NCBI GenBank assembly: GCA_963712745.1
Contig: CAVQJC010000006.1
Location: 224,001-288,000 of the forward strand
Origin: an uncultured Chloroflexia bacterium
GTDB lineage: Bacteria; Chloroflexota; Limnocylindria; Limnocylindrales; CSP1-4
DNA: 64,000 bases
Direction: 5' to 3'
The notes under the pieces: generated by a model
Told to the model about the DNA's origin: nothing
What the model saw: only the letters and a program-made list of their open reading frames with translations
Databases searched by the model: none
Translations under genes and position numbers: made by a program
Shown: positions 56,555 through 64,000 of the stretch, one piece after another
Layout of the letters: the number at the start of each line of letters is the position of its first letter
Numbering within the stretch: position 1 is the first letter of the stretch

Positions 56555-59500
56555 ATGAGCGCGTCTCACGATGATGCGCCTATGCCCGAGTCGGTGAGCT
56601 CCGAGCGCACTTCCGACGTCCAGCCGCAAGCGGCTGGAGCGTCATACATCTCTGTCCAGGCCGGGGACGTTGACCCCCACCCGTCGGGCCTGGCCATCAT
56701 CGCCAGCAAGATCAGTCCAGCCACGCCGGCACGATCCGTGCTCACGCGCCGGCGATTGTCCGAGTGGTTCGGCCAGCAAGTGCGGGCGCGGCTGATCCTG
56801 GTCTCAGCTGAAGCTGGCTACGGCAAGACGACGTTGCTCAGTGAGTTCGCGCTGGAAACGCGCGACAGGTGCGTGTGGTATCGGATCGAAACGTCGGACG
56901 GCGACTGGATCACGTTCCTCAGCTACATGGTCGCGACCTTGCGCGGGATCTCGCCGGACTTCGGCCGCTCGACGGAAGCACTTCTGCGCAACGTGGCGGC
57001 CATGGGCTCATCGAGGGAGATCGTGCTCGGCCAGTTCCTCGCGGACCTGAGTGCGCTCGATATCAGCCGGGTGGCCGTGATCCTCGACGACTACCACCTG
57101 GTGGAGGCCTCGTCCGACGTGCGCATGATCATGGGACGCATGCTCGAACGGGCGCCTGACGGGATGTACTTCATCCTTGCCGGTCGTGGAAGGCCCAACC
57201 TGGGACTCGGCCGGCTCCTGGCGCAGGGGCGCGTATCTGAGCTCACCATCGACGATCTGCGCTTCACGCGCGCAGAGATCGTAGAGCTGTTCTCCACCGT
57301 CTACGGGCAGCCACTCGATGACGAAGCCTGCCAAGTCATCGCCACTCGGACTGAGGGGTGGGCCGCCAGCCTGCAACTGGTCTCGGCCTCCATCGCCGTC
57401 AGCCAGCCTGAAGAGGTATCGGCCTTCATCGATGCCTTGAGCGGTGCTACGGGGCCGATCTACGAGTTCCTCGCTGAGGAGGTGCTCACGCGCTTGTCAA
57501 CACGGACCCAGCTGATCCTCACGCATGCGTCACTCGTCGATCACGTCCGTCCGGAGTTCGTCGTGGCGGCGCTCTCGGTGACATCCTCTGAGCCGGATCG
57601 CGCGGCTGTCGAGCGTGCCCTCGACGAGGTGGAGACGTTGGGACTGCTCGGTCATCGAGGCAATGCCGCGGGAGGGCGCCGACTCCATCCCCTCTTCCAG
57701 GAGTTCCTGCAGGTCCACCTGCAACGTGACTCGTCTCCGGGTCAGGTCAGGGCCATGCACCACGCCATCGCAACGGAAGCCATCCATGTCGATTGGCTCC
57801 TGGCTGCGCGCCACTTCGCTCTGGCCGAAGAACCAGACGTGGCCATGGATGTCCTCGGGTCCGCGGCGAGTGAAGCGCTGGGCACGGGTGCCTGGGGCGC
57901 GGCGGTCGAGATCGTGGAGTTGATGCCGGAAACGTCCCCACCGACAGCCGTCAAGGTGATCCAGGCACGCGCCCTGATTAGCGACGGCTTTCCCGACAAC
58001 GCACTCGAGGTGCTCGAGGGCATCGACAGGAGCGGGCTCTCGTCGGAGGAACGCGGACTCGTCGGGCTCACCGCCGCGGCGATCCACCACATGAACGGAG
58101 ACGCAGGCCTCCTCACCAGCGAGGTCGAGGCTGTCGCCGACGATACCCAGGTTCCGGCGCCGCTCCGGGACGTCGCCGTCTCCTGGCGCAGGCTGCTGCA
58201 CGCGATCTCGGCGGCAGCATCTCCGATGCCGTGCAATCACTCCGTCACCTCGCGGTTGACCAGCGTCGGGACGGACTCCACTACTTCGCGGTGTCACGCT
58301 TCACAACTCCGCGTACGCGGAGCTGGCTCGCGGTAACTACCAACACGCACGAAACCTGGCGTCAGAGGCGGTTGAGCACCTGGAGCGCACTGAGGACGCA
58401 TCGGGCATCATCGCCTCGACGTGCTCCAGTCGCAGCGACCGCCACCGCGGAGCTGGAGATACTCGAGAGAGGGACTTCGACTTGGCCATCTCGACTGCGA
58501 TGCGGCCGGACGCTACGGCGGACGCAATCGCGGACGCGGCATACATGCATGCTGTGTGCGGACGTCGGATCGAAGGCGAGATCGCTCCTCGCCAGGCTTG
58601 AGCGAGGTGACGCTCGCTGGTCCCGCGAACTGGCGACAGAGCGCCAGCGTCTCTACGCGACCATCGCGCTGCCCTGGCGAGGCGAAGGCAGGCTCAGGAC
58701 GCCGACAGGGCACGTCGACGCTCGATAGCCTGGAGTCGCAGATTATCGACGCACAATCCCGGAGGCAGTTCTCGCTGCCACTCTCGCGGTAATGAGGCGC
58801 GCTCCCGAGGCGCAGGACGCCACTTGCACAGGCGGCCCGTGGAGGCTTGCGGCAGGACAGAACGCCTGGCGATGGCTGGCACGCGCACGAATACTCGAGG
58901 CCGCAGCTCAGCGCGACGGCAGCGGGCCCTCGCACTCTGGATTCGGAGAGTGAAGAGGGTCGGCGCTCGCTATTCTGGAGCTGGCGGACGTGATTGCAGC
59001 CGGCGATAGGCACCCTGGTGCTCTCTTCCCGACGCGCTCGAGCGCTCCATCCTTCGCGAGCCATCTCGGTGGGTACCAGCGCTTCGTCGCCAGAGTCCAG
59101 ATATGGAACAGGACGAGGACGCGAGTGCTGCGGCGTCGCTCTCGCCCGCTTCGGCTCGCCGACGACGCCCAAGTTCTTCGTGACTTTGAACGCTCGGCCG
59201 ATGGCAAGTCACGGCGTCGGGATGGCGACACAGCTGATCCGCCGGGTTAGTCCGACTGTCCGTGTCCACGACCTCGGTCTCACAAGTTACGAAATCGGCG
59301 ACCGTATCGTGACTCTTACAGACACTCGGCGAAAGTCGGCCGCTCTATTGCTCTACTTGGTGACACGGCCAGGTTTGGCGGCAACACGCGAGCAGGTGAT
59401 GGACAGCCTGTGGCCAGACCAGAACCCGAAGTCAGCCACGAACAGCCTCCACCAGACCGTCTTCTTCCTTCGCCGAGATCTCGAGCCTTGGTATGAGGAC

Positions 59501-59997
59501 GGCTCCACTGCCGACTATGTTCACATGGAGACCGATTTGGTGTTCCTCGACAAGGACTTGTTCCAGGTCGACAGCGTGGCGTTCTCGCGACAGGCGTCAG
59601 ACATCTTGTCGACCGGCACCGCAATGGCGCGCGAGGCCGGAGATGCTCGCGCTCTACCAGGGCAGCTTCGCGCCCGAGTTCGAGTACGAGGAGTGGGCCG
59701 AGGAGTGGAGGACGACGCTCCACGGTACGTTTCTTCACCTAGCCCACGCGACCTCGATTGCGCTGGTGGACGTCAGGCGCTACACCGAGATGCATCGACG
59801 TACTGTCGCCGATTGCAGCGCTCGATCCCACTGCGTTCGAACTCCGGGCACGACTGGTTGCGTGTCTCGCCAGAGTCGGCGCGGTTGACGCAGCACAGGC
59901 GCACTATCGAAGCATGGCATCGGCTCACGAACGGGACTTGGGTCTGCCCGCTCGTTCATACGAGGAAATCGTCAAGGGACTATCGGACTCACGCTGA
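56555..59997 (+). CDS. MalT-like ATPase/TPR regulator with C-terminal SARP wHTH and BTAD domains (several frameshifts after ~58200)
   Basis: AEAGYGKTT, VILDDYH, TEGWAA; LLLYLVTR...REQVMDSLWP...SLHQTVFFLRR; LALYQGSF...EEWAEEWR; ERDLGLP in successive frames. Confidence 0.8.
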
Positions 59998-60207
59998 CTA
60001 GTCGTACGTACTAGTACTTATAGGGCCCCGAGCCACCCCGTACCTAACCTTGCCCATGCAACAGTCCCCCGAGGCTGAAGCAACGACCACGGAGCGGGAC
60101 TAGGTCCGCATCGAAGGGCTCGAGAGAGGGGACCTTCGAAGTCAAGCCCGAGAAGCGCTCCCCATCAAGCCGGACGCGGTTTCCGCGCCAGGCACGAGGG
60201 GAAACCG

Positions 60208-60339
60208 ATGAATCCCAACGGCAACAGTCAAGCCCTGGTAGTCGATATGCCTCGCAATCTCTTGTCGAGGCTCACGCTGCTTTCGACTCTTCTCGCGACA
60301 CTCGTGGTCGCGGGCAGCGCGGGCATCAGACCCATCTGA
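60208..60339 (+). CDS. Unannotated 43-aa signal-peptide-like ORF (alternative start 60247, 30 aa)
   Basis: GAGGGG RBS; MNPNGNSQALVVDMPRNLLSRLTLLSTLLATLVVAGSAGIRPI*; below the ORF-track cutoff. Confidence 0.6.
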   Translation: MNPNGNSQALVVDMPRNLLSRLTLLSTLLATLVVAGSAGIRPI

Positions 60340-60351
60340 AGGGACTAGCGC

Positions 60352-60380
60352 ACTCCCAGTACCAAGGTTGGATGGGGAGT
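60352..60380 (+). terminator. Imperfect hairpin after the small ORF
   Basis: ACTCCC...CCAA/TTGG...GGGAGT. Confidence 0.35.
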
Positions 60381-60438
60381 TGACAGCTATCAATCGAGAT
60401 ACTGAGCGGCCTCCTTGCTTCCACGGTCAGGAGTCGCG

Positions 60439-61823
60439 TTGCACTTGTCAAGACACCTTCGGATTCTTCTGGTAGTCGTTCCTCTGGCGGCTGTCACGCT
60501 GCTCGCGTGCGAGTTGGTCGTATGGCCCATCGATGAGTTTGATGGGCCTCTTGTGGTTGGTCGCCTCGCCTTCTGGGTCGCGGTCACTCTCCTAGCGTCT
60601 GCCTCACCTGTGCACGTGCCGCGCGGCTCGATGGTGAGCGTCGCCGCTGCCCCAATCATCGCGGCGGGCATGCTGGGCGGTCCTACAGCAGCCGCCGTGG
60701 TGGGCGTCTTTGGCACTCTCGAGGTTCGAGAGCTCCGGGGCCAAGTCCCTTGGTATGGGGTGGTGTACAACCACTCGATCGCCGTGGTCGCCGCCGTGGC
60801 ATCCGGGCGGTGTACGAAACCAGTCGTGCGGCGGGGGAGCATCGCCAGCACGAGCGGGCTGGTGGGGCGGCGTGGCGGGCGTGCATCGTCTTCGTGCTCG
60901 TCAATCACCGTCGCTATCCTCGCTTGCGGTCGCTCTCCGAGAGATGCGACCATATCGCGGCCGTGCTGACGGTCCGATTTCCGGTCGTTCGGTCTGGGCC
61001 TCGTGCGGCCTAACCCCCATCGCCTGGCTGATGGCGCTGGCGTACCTCTTCGTCGGCCCCCTTGTCGTGTTCGCGGTCGCGCATGCCGCTGTACACGACT
61101 CGTGCCGCCTTCAAGGCCGTGGTCGATGTCCGTGACATGTTCACGCAGACCGTGAAGGCGCTCGCGTCCGCTATCGACGCGCGGGATCCGAGCACCAAGA
61201 AGCACTCGGAGCACGTCTCCGGCATCGCCGTCGAGATCGGCCGGGCCATGCATCTCAGCGAGCCCGAACTCGAACAGCTCGAGTGGGCCGGTCTGTTGCA
61301 CGATATCGGGAAGATTGGCATCCGTGACTCGGTCCTGCTCAAGCCCGAGAAGCTCACCCGCGAAGAGCGGATCCTTATGAACGAACACCCGGTCAAGGGT
61401 GAAGAGATCCTCAGGGATGTCGATCAGCTGGCGGCGGAACGCCCGCTCATCCGGCACCACCACGAGTGGTACAACGGCTCGGGCTACCCGGACCGCCTCA
61501 TCGGCGAGGAGATCCCACTGCTGGCACGGGTGCTCCACGTTGCCGACGCGTTCGAGGCCATGACGGCGTCGCGCCCGTACCGCCCGGTCCCGCTGACCAC
61601 CGAGGAAGCGCTCGAGGAACTCCAGCGCTACTCGGGCATCCAGTTCGATCCTGTCGTGGTCGATGCCTTCTCGCGCACGAAGACCGCGACGCAGGCCTCA
61701 CAGGATGATGACGAGCCGGGCGAGCCTGAACAGCAGCCGATAACGGTGCCCACGCTGGGCCAGGTCGCCGCTGCCAGGACCAAGGGCACACTGCCCGCGA
61801 GCTCAGCCCCCGCCGAGCCCTAG
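60439..61823 (+). CDS. Membrane-sensor HD-GYP protein (frameshifts in the TM region)
   Basis: AGGAG RBS and TTG start; multi-TM N-terminus; AIDARDPSTKKHS, LLHDIGK, HHHEWYNGSGYP, VADAFEAMT. Confidence 0.85.
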
Positions 61824-61912
61824 TCGGAGAGTCCCGAGCATATGGCGGGCTCAGCCCCGCAGACTTCCGAGCGCGAGCGACCCTGCCTGATCGCGTCCGG
61901 ACCTGAAGTCTG

Positions 61913-63904
61913 ATGCTGCTGATCGCGATCGCCCTGGGTGTCGTCGCCGGTCTCATGGCAGGTGGCCGGATCTCGAATCTCCTGTCGGCGCAGCTTCGCT
62001 ATGGCTGGCTTATCGTGGCTGGCCTGCTTCTGCGCGTGATCACGCAGTGGCTCATCGACCAGGGCGTCGACGTGGTCGATCAGTTGCGTCTGCCCCTGTT
62101 CACGCTCTCGTTCGGCTTGCTGGTGGTCGCCCTTTGGCTGAACCGCTCGCAGCCCGGACTGCTGCTCGCGATGGTGGGAGTGGCCGCCAACGGGATCGCC
62201 ATCCTCCTCAACGCCGGCTACATGCCCGTGTATCTGCCGGCGGTGGAGATGGCCGGTCTTACCTTGGCCGACCTGTCGCCCACCTTCAACGTGCTGCTAC
62301 CCGAGGAACTGGGACTCGATTTCCTGCTCGCTGGTGGGCCATTGGGCGACGTCCTGCCCATCGCTATCCCGCTGATCGCAAACGTCATCAGCATCGGCGA
62401 TGTCCTCCTCGCCGCTGGAGTGGGCTGGTATCTGTTCTCGGCCATCGCCCGCGGCTCGGCCGACCCCGAGTCGGGCGTGGTCTCGATGTGGAACGCCAAG
62501 CCTGCCGCTGTGGACCACCCAGTCTTCACGGCGGATCAGGCCGGCCTGGACCGCCCAGTCATCGGTGGCTCGGCCATGGGACCAGGCCTGGGCACGCCAT
62601 CGGCTTCCGAAGCGGTGGATGCAGTCACCGCGGAACCGCGGACGGTCGCCCCCGGCCTCGGCCAGCGGGTCCGGGAACACCCCTACATTCGACTAGCCCG
62701 CGATGCGCGCTTCTCAGCTTTCTGGCTGGCGGGCACGATCAGCCTGTTCGGCGACCGACTCCACCAGATCGCCCTCGGCGTGATGGTTCTCGGCGTCACG
62801 GGCTCGGCCATGCAGACCGGTTTCGTGTTCCTGGCGGCGACCCTGCCCAACCTCTTCCTCGGGCCGATCGCAGGGACGTTCGTGGACCGCTGGGATCAGA
62901 AGCACGTGCTGATCGTCAGCGACCTCATGCGCGCAGGACTCGTGCTGACGCTGCCCTTCGTGGCCGATATCAACATCTGGCTCGTCTACCCGGTCGTCTT
63001 CGTGGTCACGACCATCAGCCTGTTCTTCCGCCCGGCCAAGGCGGCCATCATCCCCCGCATCGTGCGGCGGGAGGACTTGACCCCGGCCAACGGCGCCATC
63101 TGGACGGGTGAGACGATGGCCGACATCGCGGGCTATCCACTGGCCGGCGTGTTCGTGGCATTTCTTGGCACCAATCTGGCCCTGGCCTTCTGGGTCAATT
63201 CGTTGACGTACGTCGTCAGCGCGGTCCTGCTCGCGGGGCTCGTGATCCCGCCGGCGGTCAGGGAGGTGGGCCCCCGTGTCAGCAGCGCGATGGATGCCTT
63301 CGTCGAGGAGTTGCGCGAGGGCTGGGAGTTCCTGCGCCACGACGCAGCCCTGTTCCAGAACACGCTCGTGAGCGTCGTCGCGCAGCTGACGGTCGGAGCC
63401 ACCCTGGCCCTGATGGTGGTCTACGCCCAGCGCTCGCTCGAGGGCGAGACGATCCCGTATCCCGAGAGCTACGCCGTCATCGAAGCGGCGATCGGCCTTG
63501 GCAACCTCGTCGGCGGGTTCGTCGTCGGTGCCATCGGGGCACGACTGCGCAAGGGCTGGTTGGTCATCACCGGCTTCGCGGTGATGGGAGTGGCCACGAT
63601 CATCCTGGGGCTGACTTCCAACGAGCTCGTGGCTGTCGGTGCGGCGGTGGTCGTGGGCGTGTTCAACCTGGTCTATGTCATCCCCAGCCAGACGCTCTTC
63701 GCCGAGCGTACGCCCGAGGGCATGATGGGACGCGTCGTTGCCATCCGCTCCAGCATCGTCATGGGTGCACTCACCGGGGCCATGGCTATCAGCTCCGGAC
63801 TCGCCGACCATGTCGATGCGGGCATGATCATCGCGGCCACAGGTGTCCTCACGGTCATCGCCGCGGTCGTCGCCACCTGGCTGCCGGCTGTACGTGACGC
63901 GTAG
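61913..63904 (+). CDS. DUF5317-like membrane domain fused to an MFS transporter (DHA3/macrolide-efflux-like)
   Basis: N-terminal ANGIAILLNAGYMPV...PLGDVL...VISIGDVLL; C-terminal FWLAGTISLFGD, AGTFVDRWD, MGRV, 12 TM helices. Confidence 0.85.
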   Translation: MLLIAIALGVVAGLMAGGRISNLLSAQLRYGWLIVAGLLLRVITQWLIDQGVDVVDQLRLPLFTLSFGLLVVALWLNRSQPGLLLAMVGVAANGIAILLNAGYMPVYLPAVEMAGLTLADLSPTFNVLLPEELGLDFLLAGGPLGDVLPIAIPLIANVISIGDVLLAAGVGWYLFSAIARGSADPESGVVSMWNAKPAAVDHPVFTADQAGLDRPVIGGSAMGPGLGTPSASEAVDAVTAEPRTVAPGLGQRVREHPYIRLARDARFSAFWLAGTISLFGDRLHQIALGVMVLGVTGSAMQTGFVFLAATLPNLFLGPIAGTFVDRWDQKHVLIVSDLMRAGLVLTLPFVADINIWLVYPVVFVVTTISLFFRPAKAAIIPRIVRREDLTPANGAIWTGETMADIAGYPLAGVFVAFLGTNLALAFWVNSLTYVVSAVLLAGLVIPPAVREVGPRVSSAMDAFVEELREGWEFLRHDAALFQNTLVSVVAQLTVGATLALMVVYAQRSLEGETIPYPESYAVIEAAIGLGNLVGGFVVGAIGARLRKGWLVITGFAVMGVATIILGLTSNELVAVGAAVVVGVFNLVYVIPSQTLFAERTPEGMMGRVVAIRSSIVMGALTGAMAISSGLADHVDAGMIIAATGVLTVIAAVVATWLPAVRDA

Positions 63905-63978
63905 CTTCGGCACGGCGCGCTCGTCAACGCGATAATCATTCGAACGCTATCGCGCACGACCAGGGAGAGCCCCGCTAC

Positions 63979-64000
63979 ATGACCGACCAACAGAAGCCTG
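63979..64000 (+). CDS. Start of next gene (MTDQQKP...), truncated by the window end
   Basis: GGGAGAG RBS-like sequence upstream of the ATG. Confidence 0.45.

Noticed and set aside
58200-59800. Programmed ribosomal frameshifting in the regulator
   Set aside because: Several scattered shifts without slippery heptamers; error or decay is simpler.
63979-64000. N-terminus MTDQQKP resembling the giant protein's MTDQKP
   Set aside because: Seven codons of a common N-terminal composition; not evidence of paralogy.

Overview
High-GC bacterial chromosomal window, most consistent with a Chloroflexota genome (inference from GAAC-N4-GTTC LexA boxes, an FMN-riboswitch-controlled RibXY-type ABC transporter and the gene content). 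Left to right: (1) an indel-rich accessory region (1-4.8 kb) with an antigen-85-like esterase, a broken ECF sigma/anti-sigma pair and an IS481 element inserted at the 3' end of tRNA-Glu; (2) a ~18 kb predicted light/photo-oxidative regulon (SDR, SRPBCC, FAD oxidoreductase-DUF1365-cfa, photolyase, glycosyltransferases, fasciclin and DUF4397 proteins) whose three divergent promoters carry 11-bp-spaced TnnACA repeats, next to a CarH/LitR-type B12 MerR regulator, interrupted by IS21/IS110 debris; (3) argS, then a 3231-aa membrane-anchored protein with ~39 PASTA domains ending in a peptidase-like domain that has lost its zinc ligands, encoded behind an intact HEXXH paralogue; (4) Fe3+ and riboflavin ABC transporters and a split formiminotransferase/cyclodeaminase; (5) dinB-rplI / lexA-dnaB with SOS and DnaA boxes; (6) a MalT-like/BTAD regulator, an unannotated 43-aa signal-peptide-like ORF, a membrane HD-GYP protein and a DUF5317-MFS fusion, together a candidate peptide-signalling cassette. 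All domain names come from motif recognition by eye, not from database searches.
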